From positions 933-64,932 of the forward strand of contig CAKPAG010000006.1 of the NCBI GenBank assembly GCA_934132895.1: a stretch of 64,000 bases of DNA. Reading direction: 5' to 3'. The stretch comes from an uncultured Clostridia bacterium (GTDB taxonomy: Bacteria; Bacillota; Clostridia; TANB77; CAG-465). A program made the position numbers and the translations under genes. Shown here in pieces: positions 19,304 through 28,519 of this stretch (within the stretch, counting starts at the first letter, position 1; each line of letters opens with the position of its first letter). Under the pieces are notes generated by a model that was not told the origin of the DNA, did no database searches, and saw only the letters and a program-made list of their open reading frames with translations.

Positions 19304-20008
19304 ATGAAAAATAAAACAATATTAATACAAGGTGCTATGGATATTGAGATTGAAACTATTCTAAAAAATTTAGATGAGATGACTAAGATTAATATATCGG
19401 ATTTTGAATTTTATATAGGAAAAATAAATAATTATAAAATTATAGTTTCAAAAACCCTTATCGGAGAAATAAACTCAAGTATTGCAACAACAATTGGAAT
19501 TATGAAGTTTACACCTGACTTTGTTATAAATCAAGGCATTGCTGGTGCCCACAAAGAATATATTCATACTGGAGATATAATTATAGGAAAAGGCTGTCAA
19601 AACATTAATGCATATTCTATGCCAGATAAAAAATTAAATGAAGGGTCTAATCCTTTCGAATGGAAATTGAGTAAGCATTCCAAAGCTATTGAAACTAATA
19701 TAGAATTAGTTGAAAGATTTGAGAAATTTTTTACTAATAACTGTGATAATATAATATATACTGGCATGCTAGGAAGTGGTGATGTATTTAATAGGGAAAT
19801 TGATAGAATAAATTGGGTCTCAAATACATTTGATACGCTTTCAGAGGACATGGAAAGCATTGGAACATATGAAACCTGCCATAAATTCAACATTCCATGT
19901 ATTGGAATTAGAATAATATCAAATAACGAAATATTAAAAGAACAATTAGATGAAAATCAAGCAATAGTTTTACAAAATTTGATAGTATCAATATTAAAAA
20001 ATACTTAA
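19304..20008 (+). CDS. mtnN: 5'-methylthioadenosine/S-adenosylhomocysteine nucleosidase
   Basis: ILIQGAMDIEIE N-terminus, GIAGA, SEDMESIG motifs typical of MTA/SAH nucleosidase. Confidence 0.8.
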   Translation: MKNKTILIQGAMDIEIETILKNLDEMTKINISDFEFYIGKINNYKIIVSKTLIGEINSSIATTIGIMKFTPDFVINQGIAGAHKEYIHTGDIIIGKGCQNINAYSMPDKKLNEGSNPFEWKLSKHSKAIETNIELVERFEKFFTNNCDNIIYTGMLGSGDVFNREIDRINWVSNTFDTLSEDMESIGTYETCHKFNIPCIGIRIISNNEILKEQLDENQAIVLQNLIVSILKNT

Positions 20009-20040
20009 AACTTTCTAATTAAAATATTACTTTACATAAT

Positions 20041-20069
20041 TTGACTTAGATATGCACTTATGATATAAT
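20041..20069 (+). promoter_or_regulatory. sigma-A promoter (extended -10) for HA-repeat gene
   Basis: TTGACT - 17 nt - TGaTATAAT. Confidence 0.55.
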
Positions 20070-20135
20070 ATTAATGGATTACGTATGTAAATTATCTTTA
20101 ATAAGAAAAATTATTATTTATGGAGGAAATGAAAA

Positions 20136-21200
20136 ATGACAAACTCAAAAAAAGATTTAAATGCACAAAATTATCGGTCAAGAAATGAAATAAAGCATGA
20201 GAAAGTATTGCTTCTTGGAGAATTTTATAAAAAGTTTGGTAGAGAGCCTAAAATGATTGAGGAATATAATGGAATAAAGATTGGAGAATTTCTTAGTCGC
20301 ATTAGGCATAAAAAAACTTTAATCACAGATGAAGATAGAATTTACCTTGAAAATTTAAACATAAGATTAATACCTATTAAAAGAGAAGAAGCAATCCATC
20401 AAAAAGTTTTAATATTAGCTGAATTCTATAAAAAATTTGAAAGGTATCCAATGCAGGAAGAAGAATACAAAGGAGTTAAACTACACAAATTCTTTTATGC
20501 TATTAGGTACTTTAGTATTAACATTTCGGACTCGGATAGAGCGTTTCTAGAAAGTCTTGAAAAAAATTTGCCTACCGCAAAATATTATAATTCCACTCAT
20601 AAAAAAGTTTTGATTCTTGGTGAATTTTTACAAGAATTTGGAAGAATACCCAAATGTTATGAAGAATATAAAAATGTTAAAGTTGGAGTTTTGATGACCA
20701 ATATTAGACATGGAAGTGCCAAACTTTCGGAAAAAGACAGAAGGTACCTTGAGAGTTTCAACATAGAGCTATCTGCTAAAAAGTCTAAAAAACTTTCAAT
20801 GCAAAAAAGAGTTTTAGCACTTGGAGAGTTTTATCAAAAATTTGGAAGAAGTCCTAAATGCAAAGAAGAATACAATAATATAAAAATAGGAAGCTTTCTT
20901 ACTTCTATTAAAAGCGGACGAATTATTCTTAAAGATAAAGATAGAAAATATCTTGAAAATATTGGAGTAAAATTAGAGCCTCAAAATCCCCAAGAATTAG
21001 TAAGAGAAAAAATTTTAATTCTTGGTGAGTTTTATCAAAAATTTGGAAAAGTTCCTAAACTTGATGAAGAATATAAAAACATTAAAATTGGAAGTTTCTT
21101 CTACTGCATTAAAAAGGGGATTACCAAAATATGTGATGAGGACAGAATTTATCTTAAAAACTTAGGAATAGACTGTTCTACCAATATAACTACGAGTTAA
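20136..21200 (+). CDS. protein with five tandem ~70-aa helicase-associated (HA)-like repeats
   Basis: five repeats of KVLxLGEFYxKFGRxPKxxEEYxxIKIGxFLxxIR....DxDRxYLExLxI. Confidence 0.5.
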   Translation: MTNSKKDLNAQNYRSRNEIKHEKVLLLGEFYKKFGREPKMIEEYNGIKIGEFLSRIRHKKTLITDEDRIYLENLNIRLIPIKREEAIHQKVLILAEFYKKFERYPMQEEEYKGVKLHKFFYAIRYFSINISDSDRAFLESLEKNLPTAKYYNSTHKKVLILGEFLQEFGRIPKCYEEYKNVKVGVLMTNIRHGSAKLSEKDRRYLESFNIELSAKKSKKLSMQKRVLALGEFYQKFGRSPKCKEEYNNIKIGSFLTSIKSGRIILKDKDRKYLENIGVKLEPQNPQELVREKILILGEFYQKFGKVPKLDEEYKNIKIGSFFYCIKKGITKICDEDRIYLKNLGIDCSTNITTS

Positions 21201-21221
21201 AAAATTGAATAAAGCACAAAT

Positions 21222-21253
21222 AGAGCCAACACTTGTTGGCTCTATTTGGATTT
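21222..21253. terminator. bidirectional hairpin terminator
   Basis: AGAGCCAACA/TGTTGGCTCT 10-bp palindrome followed by ATTTGGATTTT on plus strand; T-rich on minus too. Confidence 0.5.
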
Positions 21254-21282
21254 TAATTGTTTAATATTACTCTATATTATCA

Positions 21283-21328
21283 TATTCCTCATCTGTTACA
21301 GCTTCACACCACTCATTCGAAGTGTTTT
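21283..21328. repeat. 46-bp direct repeat copy A (displaced duplicate of cupin gene 3' end)
   Basis: TATTCCTCATCTGTTACAGCTTCACACCACTCATT[C]GAAGTGTTTT; 45/46 identical to 22342-22387. Confidence 0.7.
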
Positions 21329-21338
21329 GATAATTATT

Positions 21339-22295
21339 TTAATTTAAAAAATTCATAACTAAATCGATTATAACTTCTTTTTCTTTTGGATTTGACTCAG
21401 CAATAAGCAATGTTAAAGCCGTCAATGTATTATTATCAATAACTTGTTTACTATCTTTATACAAAATATTATAATAACTCAAAAAGTAGATAAATAATGT
21501 TGCTGCTATTCTTTTATTTCCATCTATAAAGACATGATTTTTAACAATCATATATAAGAAATTAGAAGCTTTTTCCTCTATACTTCTATAAACTTTCATT
21601 ACCATCAAATGTTTGATAAATATTTCCTATTATTGATTCTAATCCTTTATTTCTTTCAATAGCAAAAATATCACTTTCTTCATTAAATCTTAACTGATTA
21701 ATTATTTTTAAGCAATCTTGATATTTAATTTGTTTCTTACTCTCACTCCCATTAGGTTTTGATAGTTTTTTATGATCATAATCATCTAAAAGTTCAAGAG
21801 CTTTGGAATAGTTTCCTATTACTTTTAAAATTTCTTTGGCATCATTATTTTCTAATTTTTCATCTATTCTATTAGCAATATCTATCAATTTCACTGTCTT
21901 TTCTAAATATTCCAATCTTTTTTGATTAATTGAATATCCTTTAATCATGTAATCTTTTAAAATTTTATTTGCTCATTTTCTAAAAATAACACCATTTTGT
22001 GATTTAACACGATAACCAACACTTATAATTACATCAAGATTATAATAATCTATTTTTCTAGTTTGAGTTTTATTTGCTAAAGCACCATGTGAAGTGGTGT
22101 GTGCAAATTTTGCACACACCTCATTTTCATCCAATTCTTTTTCTTTAAAAATGTTATTTATATGCCTTTTATTACTGTTCTATCTCTATCAAAAAGCATT
22201 GCTAACTGTTCTAAAGATAGCCACACAGTATCATCTTTCATATTAACTTCTAATTCTATGTTTTGATTTTCAAATAAAATTATTTCATTTTTCAT
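21339..22295 (-). pseudogene. RhuM-family / Fic-Doc virulence protein pseudogene (2 frameshifts + in-frame TGA)
   Basis: N-term MKNEIILFENQNIELEVNMKDDTVWLSLEQLAMLFDRDRTVIK (RhuM-like); conserved ...ELDENEVCAKFAHTTSHGALANKTQTRKIDYYNLDVIISVGYRVKSQNGVIFRK-TGA-ANKILKDY with TGA where Trp expected; C-term Doc motif NHVFIDGNKRIA; frame breaks at T4/A4 run (22167-22170) and at GAAAGTTTA (~21586-21608). Confidence 0.65.
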
Positions 22296-22324
22296 ATAAT
22301 CTCCCATTTTATTATTGTTTATCT

Positions 22325-23064
22325 CTAATTTAACTTACTGTATTCCTCATCTGTTACAGCTTCACACCACTCATTTGAAGTGTTTTCTCCAGGCACTTCT
22401 ATTGCAATATGACTAAACCATGAATCTTTAGTTGCTCCATGCCAATGTTTTACATTTGCTGGTATTACTACTACATCTCCTGGTTTTAGCCTTCTTATAG
22501 GTTGATTTTCCTCTTTATATAAGCCCTCACCATCAACACATATTAATATTTGACCGCCTCCACTTGAAGCGTGGTGAATATGCCAGTTATTCCTACATTT
22601 TGGCTCAAAAGTTACATTTGCAATAAACATATTATCAGTTTTTGCCAAAGGTTTTATATATGAATTTCCAACAAAATACTTAGCATATTCAGTATTTGGC
22701 TTACCAATTCCAAACATTCCACCATGTGTATTTTCTACTTTTTCATCATCAGCGTAGACTTCTTTTGCTAAATTAAATACTGCCCAAGCATTTGGCCAAC
22801 CAGCATAAAAAGCTGCATGAGTAATTATTTCTGCCATTTCTTCTTTAGTTATTCCATTATTTTTAGCATTTATCAAATGATATTTTAATGAATCATCTGT
22901 CATGCCTTTTCCCATAAATATACATATAGTAACTAAAGACCTATCTCTTAAAGATAATTTATCCTCTCTTGACCATACCTCACCAAATAATATGTCATCA
23001 TTTAGCTCTGCAAACTTAGGAGCAAAATCTCCTAAGTTATCTCTTCCTGCTGTTGTTTTTTCAT
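22325..23064 (-). pseudogene. carboxymuconolactone-decarboxylase (CMD/AhpD-like) + cupin fusion gene, -1 frameshift in A6 tract
   Basis: ATG at 23062-23064 with AGGAG RBS; MKKQQQEEIT* in frame 1 while RDNLGDFAPKFAELNDDILFGEVWSREDKLSLRDRSLVTI (CMD N-terminus) continues in the frame of ORF 22325-22915; adding one A to the A6 run (23056-23061) restores a ~245-aa CMD-cupin. Confidence 0.55.
22342..22387. repeat. 46-bp direct repeat copy B (inside 3' end of cupin gene)
   Basis: see copy A. Confidence 0.7.
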
Positions 23065-23092
23065 AATATCACACTCCTAATAATACTAATCT

Positions 23093-26000
23093 TTATTTTA
23101 ATTTCATAGAAATAACTTTTGATATTCCATACTCTTGCATTGTAACACCATATACAGATGAAGCCACTTCCATTGTTCCTTTTCTGTGTGTTATTACAAT
23201 AAACTGAGTATCTTTAGAATATTTTTTAATATAATCTGCAAATCTTGCAACATTTACATCATCCAATGCAGCCTCAATTTCATCAAGAATGCAAAATGGA
23301 GGTGTCTTTATTTTAAGTATTGCAAATAATAATGCTGTAGCTGTTAAAGCTCTTTCTCCACCAGAAAGTAACATCATGCTTTGAAGCTTTTTACCCGGAG
23401 GTTGAACTTCAATTTCTATTCCACTTTCAAGTATATTAGATTCATCTGATAAAGTAAGTTCTGCCTTACCTCCTCCAAATAACTCTTTAAATGTATGATT
23501 AAAGTTTTCTCTTATAGTTGCAAACTGTTTTGCAAATTGACTCTTCATTATACCAGTCATGTTATTTATAAGGTTCTCAAGTTTTGTTTTAGTCTCTTCT
23601 AAATCTGTTTTTTGTGCTATAATAAAATCATAACGCTCTTTAGTAGAAGTATACTCATCAATGCTTGTTACGTCTACATCTCCTAAATCTTTTATTTTCT
23701 TTCTAATTGAGTCAGCTTCTTTTTTAATATTCACATTTTCTATATCTATAACAGGCATAGTTTCAATAAATTTTTGTGCAGCAGAAATAGTAATCTCATA
23801 GTCTTCCCACATTTTATTTTTTAAATTTTCTGTTTCAAGGTCAAATTTTACTTTTTTGTTTTCAGTTTTTGCCTTTTCCTCTTTAATTTTTTCTATTTTC
23901 TTTACACTTTCTAATACTTTCACTTCTAATTCATCTTGTTTTTTAGAAATCTCGTCTTTTTCATCTTTTAGCTTAGAAGTAACATTTGTATATTCATCTT
24001 TAAAACTTAATTTATCAGCAATTTCTTTTTTAGTTTCTTCAATTTCTTTTATAGTATTCTCAATTGCACCTTTTAGTATAACAATCTCTTCATTTTTTCT
24101 TTTTATACTTTCTTCAAAATTAGATATATCAGATTGTAATTTTTCTTTCATTTCATCAATAGATGCGACACTTTCATCAAATGATGATAATGATATTTTA
24201 AGGTTTATTATATCTTCGTTTAAATCATCAAGCTCTTTTCCTTTTTCTTCATTTTCTAAAACATACACATCTATTTCGTGTTTATTTTCTTCAATAGATT
24301 TATCATATTCTTCTATTTTTTGATTTGAATTTTCTATATCTACTTTTAAACTTTGTATTTGTTCATTTAATTTTTCAATCTCAATATTTGAATTTTCTTT
24401 TGCATTTTCATATCTTGCAAGTTCTTTTTTCAAGCTTTCGCTTTTTTCTCTATATGTTGCATTTTCTATATTTAAAGAATCTATATTTTCTTTTATGCTT
24501 TCCAATCTAGTTGAAATTTCATTTAATACTGCACAATATTCTTTATAATTATTAATTACTTTATCTAAGTTATCTTCTTTTTCTTTTATACTTTCTTTAA
24601 TTCTTAATTTTTTCTCATTTCTACCAATAAGCCCAGCTGATTTTATTTTCTGTTTACCACCAGTAATACTACCTGTAGCTGCAATAAGCTCACCGTCTAA
24701 TGTAACAATTTTAACTGTATTCTTTTTATTTTCAGAAATCTTTACGGCATTTTCCACTTTGTCAACAATGATAGTATTAGCAAGTGCAAGCTCTACTGCA
24801 GCACTATATTTTTTATCAAATTTAACAAGATCAATAGCAGCTCCTATAACTCCGTTATATCTACTATATTTAGATTTAAAAGAATTATCTACTCTTCTTA
24901 AACTAGTTAGTGGTAAAAATGTTGCTCTACCAAATTCATTTTTCTTTAAATAATTTACAATTTGTGTAGCAGTGCTTTCATTATCTACTACTATGTTTTG
25001 TACATAACCTCCAAGTGCTATCTCAATTGCATACTCATATTTTTCATCAGTACTTACTATATTTGCAATTGTTCCAAATACATGTGAATTTAAAGAATTT
25101 TCCTTAGCAAATTCTAATGCATGTTTTACACTTCTAATATATCCTTCATTTTCTTTTTCTAAATTTTCAAGATAATTATACTTTGACTTTAATGTCATTA
25201 TTTCTTGATTTAATTCATTCTTTTTTGTATTAATATCATTTAATTTTTTTTGTTTTTCATCAAATATAACTTTTTTATCATCATAATCTTTTTTTAATGA
25301 ATTTAAATTTTTCTCTTTTTCATTTAAAGTAGCCGTTACTTCTTCGAAATCTAAAAGTACTTTATCTTTGCTAGATATACTCTTTTCTAAATATTTTTTC
25401 TTTTCCTCAATTTGTAACATATTAGATTCAATTTTAGCTTCCATACTACTAATATTTGATTTTAGCTCATATTTACTTTCTTGTGCTTCTTCTATTTCAT
25501 TTTTTATATTTTCTATACTACCTGCTTTACTATCCAAATGAGCTGTTAATTTTTCTAATGCTTCTCTTTTTTCATTTAATTCTGTTTCAAATTTTTTCTT
25601 AGACTCTTCCATATATTTTCTTTTTTCAAGTCTAGTTTGTATATCTTCATTCAAATTTGAAATTTTTTCGTTTTCTTCTTTTATTTCACTCTCAAGTCTT
25701 GTTATACTTTCACTACTAGTATCAATTTTAGAGTTCTTAAGCTCTATATTTAAATTAAGTTTATGTACATCGCTTTCAAGCTCATAATACTTGCTATTTG
25801 TTTCTTCTAGCTTAGATGTAATTTCAGCAATTCTTGCTTTTAAATCTAATTTATCTTTTTCAAATTCTGTAGTTACTTTCTCTTCTTTTTCAATATCACT
25901 CGCTAAAGTATCTATTATATCATCAATTTTTTCTAATTCTTTTTTGTTTTTTTCTATTCCATCAATAAATATATACATATCAAAAGTTTTAAGACTATCT

Positions 26001-26656
26001 CTTAAACTTAAATATTCTTTAGCTTTTTCAGCTCTTTTAGCCAGTGGTTCTATTGTAGTTTCAATTTCTGTTAATATATCATTTACCCTGTTTAAATTTA
26101 TATCAGTATTTGCCAACTTTTTAGTGGCTTCTTCTTTTCTTACTCTATATTTAACAATTCCTGAGGCTTCTTCAAATATATGTCTTCTTTCTTCTGATTT
26201 TGTTGAAAGTATTTCATCTATTTTACCTTGTGAAATTATGCTATATCCATCTTTTCCCACACCAGTATCCATAAATAGTTCTTGAATGTCTTTTAGTCTA
26301 CATTCGTTACCATTTATCAAATAGTTGCTTTCACCATTTCTATACACTCTTCTTGTTATAACTACCTCGTTATATTCTATTGGAAGAGTTGCATCAGAAT
26401 TATCCAAATACATTGATACTTCTGCAAAGCCCACTTTTTTCCTTGCCTGTGTTCCTGCAAATATAACGTCCTCCATTTTAGAACCACGAAGTGTTTTTAC
26501 ACTTTGTTCACCTAAAACCCATCTTAGTGCATCAGATATATTACTTTTTCCACTACCATTTGGTCCAACAATTGTTGTTACTCCATCTAAAAATGCTATT
26601 TCTGTTTTATCAGCAAAAGATTTAAAACCTTGTAATTCAATTTTTTTTAGTTGCAT
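23093..26656 (-). CDS. smc: chromosome segregation protein SMC
   Basis: start MQLKKIELQGFKSF (AGGGAGA RBS); Walker A GPNGSGKSN; long coiled coils; signature LSGGE and C-terminal ILDEIEAALD. Confidence 0.9.
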   Translation of the reverse strand: MQLKKIELQGFKSFADKTEIAFLDGVTTIVGPNGSGKSNISDALRWVLGEQSVKTLRGSKMEDVIFAGTQARKKVGFAEVSMYLDNSDATLPIEYNEVVITRRVYRNGESNYLINGNECRLKDIQELFMDTGVGKDGYSIISQGKIDEILSTKSEERRHIFEEASGIVKYRVRKEEATKKLANTDINLNRVNDILTEIETTIEPLAKRAEKAKEYLSLRDSLKTFDMYIFIDGIEKNKKELEKIDDIIDTLASDIEKEEKVTTEFEKDKLDLKARIAEITSKLEETNSKYYELESDVHKLNLNIELKNSKIDTSSESITRLESEIKEENEKISNLNEDIQTRLEKRKYMEESKKKFETELNEKREALEKLTAHLDSKAGSIENIKNEIEEAQESKYELKSNISSMEAKIESNMLQIEEKKKYLEKSISSKDKVLLDFEEVTATLNEKEKNLNSLKKDYDDKKVIFDEKQKKLNDINTKKNELNQEIMTLKSKYNYLENLEKENEGYIRSVKHALEFAKENSLNSHVFGTIANIVSTDEKYEYAIEIALGGYVQNIVVDNESTATQIVNYLKKNEFGRATFLPLTSLRRVDNSFKSKYSRYNGVIGAAIDLVKFDKKYSAAVELALANTIIVDKVENAVKISENKKNTVKIVTLDGELIAATGSITGGKQKIKSAGLIGRNEKKLRIKESIKEKEDNLDKVINNYKEYCAVLNEISTRLESIKENIDSLNIENATYREKSESLKKELARYENAKENSNIEIEKLNEQIQSLKVDIENSNQKIEEYDKSIEENKHEIDVYVLENEEKGKELDDLNEDIINLKISLSSFDESVASIDEMKEKLQSDISNFEESIKRKNEEIVILKGAIENTIKEIEETKKEIADKLSFKDEYTNVTSKLKDEKDEISKKQDELEVKVLESVKKIEKIKEEKAKTENKKVKFDLETENLKNKMWEDYEITISAAQKFIETMPVIDIENVNIKKEADSIRKKIKDLGDVDVTSIDEYTSTKERYDFIIAQKTDLEETKTKLENLINNMTGIMKSQFAKQFATIRENFNHTFKELFGGGKAELTLSDESNILESGIEIEVQPPGKKLQSMMLLSGGERALTATALLFAILKIKTPPFCILDEIEAALDDVNVARFADYIKKYSKDTQFIVITHRKGTMEVASSVYGVTMQEYGISKVISMKLK

Positions 26657-26812
26657 ATACAATCTCCCTTTTTCTACATATAGCAAAATTATATTACAAA
26701 AGTGTATATTTTTCAAGAAAAAAGAAAAAAATATCCCAAAGATATGTAAAGAAACTTATTACATATTCTCTAGGATTATTTAGATTTGTTTTAGATAAGC
26801 AAAATACCAAAA

Positions 26813-27100
26813 TTACATACTTTCCTTACACTTAATTATATCTTCTTTAAATTCTTCTACTACTAAATGAATATCTATATCATAATCTACTATAAAATAC
26901 AAATCATCTTTTGTAAATGAATATTTGCAGTTATATATAACTTGATTACAAATGTTTATAACTAGATTATATAATTTTTGTTCCAAAATTTGATTATTTT
27001 CTTCTTTAAAAATTTCTTTTGATATTCTTTTTATCTTCTTACTTACTTCCATGTAATAGTTGTAACTTTCTGGAAGCTGTTTAAATTTAACTCTTCTCAT
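26813..27100 (-). CDS. hypothetical protein
   Basis: 95 aa ORF between rpmA and smc. Confidence 0.3.
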   Translation of the reverse strand: MRRVKFKQLPESYNYYMEVSKKIKRISKEIFKEENNQILEQKLYNLVINICNQVIYNCKYSFTKDDLYFIVDYDIDIHLVVEEFKEDIIKCKESM

Positions 27101-27204
27101 ATACCATCACACTGACATTATACTACATATTAATACATAGAAAAAGTATTTCGACAAAAATGGACAAAAGATTTTAAGATTTGACAGCAATTTTTTTGCT
27201 AAAA

Positions 27205-27240
27205 AAAAGAATAGCTAAAAAACTATTCTTCTACAGGATA
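27205..27240 (-). terminator. Rho-independent terminator of rplU-rpmA operon
   Basis: GAAGAATAG-ttttttag-CTATTCTT hairpin overlapping rpmA stop, followed by TTTTTTTT on minus strand. Confidence 0.6.
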
Positions 27241-27483
27241 AACACTAACTTTTTTGTCAGTTTTTCCTTTTCTTTCAAATTTAACAACACCATCTATTAA
27301 AGAATAAAGTGTATAGTCCTTTCCAAGTCCTACATTAGTTCCTGGATGTATTTTAGTTCCTCTTTGTCTATATAAGATATTACCAGCTAAAACAAATTGT
27401 CCATCTGCTCTTTTAGCTCCAAGTCTTTTTGATTCACTATCTCTACCATTTCTAGTAGAACCCATACCCTTTTTATGTGCCAT
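27223..27483 (-). CDS. rpmA: 50S ribosomal protein L27
   Basis: [29 protein letters not shown]... ; AAAGGAG RBS. Confidence 0.9.
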   Translation of the reverse strand: MAHKKGMGSTRNGRDSESKRLGAKRADGQFVLAGNILYRQRGTKIHPGTNVGLGKDYTLYSLIDGVVKFERKGKTDKKVSVYPVEE

Positions 27484-27521
27484 TTATATCACTCCTTTTA
27501 ATTTCAATTTTTAAATAATTA

Positions 27522-27884
27522 TTAAGCTTCTGTTTTTTCTTCAGTAGCTTCTGCTTTTTTAGCTCTTGTTGTAGTTGTAATTTTTTCTATTTGAATTTTT
27601 GTATATGGTTGTCTATGACCTTGTGTTCTTCTATAGTTTTTCTTAGCTTTGTACTTGAACACAATTATTTTTTTAGCTTTACCATGACCTACAACTGTAG
27701 CTTTAACTTTTGCTCCTTTAACTGTATCAGTTCCAACAGTTACTTTTTTACCATCAGAGATGAAAAGTACTTTATCAAAAGTTACTTCTTTTCCTTCTTC
27801 TACGTTTTCAAGTCTATCTACGAAAACGATATCTCCTTCTTGTACTTTGTACTGTTTACCACTAATTTCAACGATTGCGTACAT
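27522..27884 (-). CDS. rplU: 50S ribosomal protein L21
   Basis: [18 protein letters not shown]... ; AGGAGG RBS; Lys/Ala-rich C-terminal tail. Confidence 0.85.
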   Translation of the reverse strand: MYAIVEISGKQYKVQEGDIVFVDRLENVEEGKEVTFDKVLFISDGKKVTVGTDTVKGAKVKATVVGHGKAKKIIVFKYKAKKNYRRTQGHRQPYTKIQIEKITTTTRAKKAEATEEKTEA

Positions 27885-27973
27885 TAAAATTCCTCCTTTT
27901 ATTCTAGCTTTCTCTCGCCATTAAGGTAGTATTATATAACTTTTTAACCTCTTCTGTGCGGAATACAAGATAT

Positions 27974-28002
27974 ATTTTAACATTTTTGTATCTACTTGTC
28001 AA
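27974..28002 (-). promoter_or_regulatory. sigma-A promoter of rplU-rpmA followed by ~85-nt leader
   Basis: TTGACA (27997-28002) - 17 nt - TAAAAT (27974-27979). Confidence 0.5.
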
Positions 28003-28053
28003 GGAATTTTGATTATTTTATGGAGAATTAGTCAAATTTTAAACATATATATT

Positions 28054-28082
28054 TGATATTTTTATGTAGCTATGATATACTA
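28054..28082 (+). promoter_or_regulatory. sigma-A promoter for Cys-rich small protein gene
   Basis: TTGATA - 17 nt - TGaTATACT. Confidence 0.4.
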
Positions 28083-28155
28083 AATATATATTATGATGAG
28101 AGTAGGCATTCTTCTAATATTCTTAGTAAAAATTTTCTAGGAGGAGAAATTAAAT

Positions 28156-28362
28156 ATGTTTAAACAAAAAGAGTTCTTTTTAACCAATAAAGAATACGAT
28201 ACCATAAAAAAGTGGGCCGAAAGTCACGAATGTTCATGTAGGAATAATAAATCGTGCTGTGGCGGGGAAATTTCAGTAACTTTCACTCCGACTACAATTG
28301 GAACAGCCACCTTTGCTCGTTGCATATGTGGAGCAGAAATTGACTTGGATACTCTTGTATAA
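28156..28362 (+). CDS. small Cys-rich protein (68 aa)
   Basis: strong AGGAGGAG RBS; CxC...CC...CxC pattern (HECSCRNNKSCCGGE...ARCICGAE); own promoter and terminator. Confidence 0.45.
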   Translation: MFKQKEFFLTNKEYDTIKKWAESHECSCRNNKSCCGGEISVTFTPTTIGTATFARCICGAEIDLDTLV

Positions 28363-28379
28363 AATTTAATAAAAAAAAA

Positions 28380-28420
28380 GGAATTGATAAAACCTACTCT
28401 ATCAATTCTTTTTTCTTATA
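28380..28420. terminator. bidirectional Rho-independent terminator
   Basis: A9-GGAATTGATA-aaacctactc-TATCAATTC-TTTTTTC. Confidence 0.6.
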
Positions 28421-28519
28421 TTTTTTTCTAGATTCCTAAGCGAATTTTGTCACTTATTCAATAAGATACTTTTTTATTTTTATTCATTAATGTAAGTAAC
28501 ATAACCTTTCACTCTCTTA

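Noticed and set aside
21964-21976. In-frame TGA in RhuM-like gene as evidence for TGA=Trp genetic code
   Set aside because: All long core genes translate uninterrupted with the standard code, so TGA is a stop here; the TGA sits at a conserved Trp codon (TGG->TGA nonsense mutation).
23856-26285. Plus-strand ORFs (155, 61, 64, 164 aa) inside smc and similar antisense ORFs inside the SNF2, secA, clpC and VanY genes (e.g. 14145-14651, 35232-35537, 40321-40575, 62512-63036)
   Set aside because: Low-complexity Ser/Phe/Ile-rich translations of the antisense strand of well-supported long genes; no RBS; typical AT-rich artefacts.
1511-27200. Recurrent TTCGACA / TTGACGAAAAAA strings in several intergenic regions (1520, 4290, 5590, 11105, 19235, 27145) considered as a shared regulator motif
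   Set aside because: On inspection they are parts of unrelated elements (T-runs of terminators, -35-like hexamers) with no consistent spacing or orientation relative to genes.
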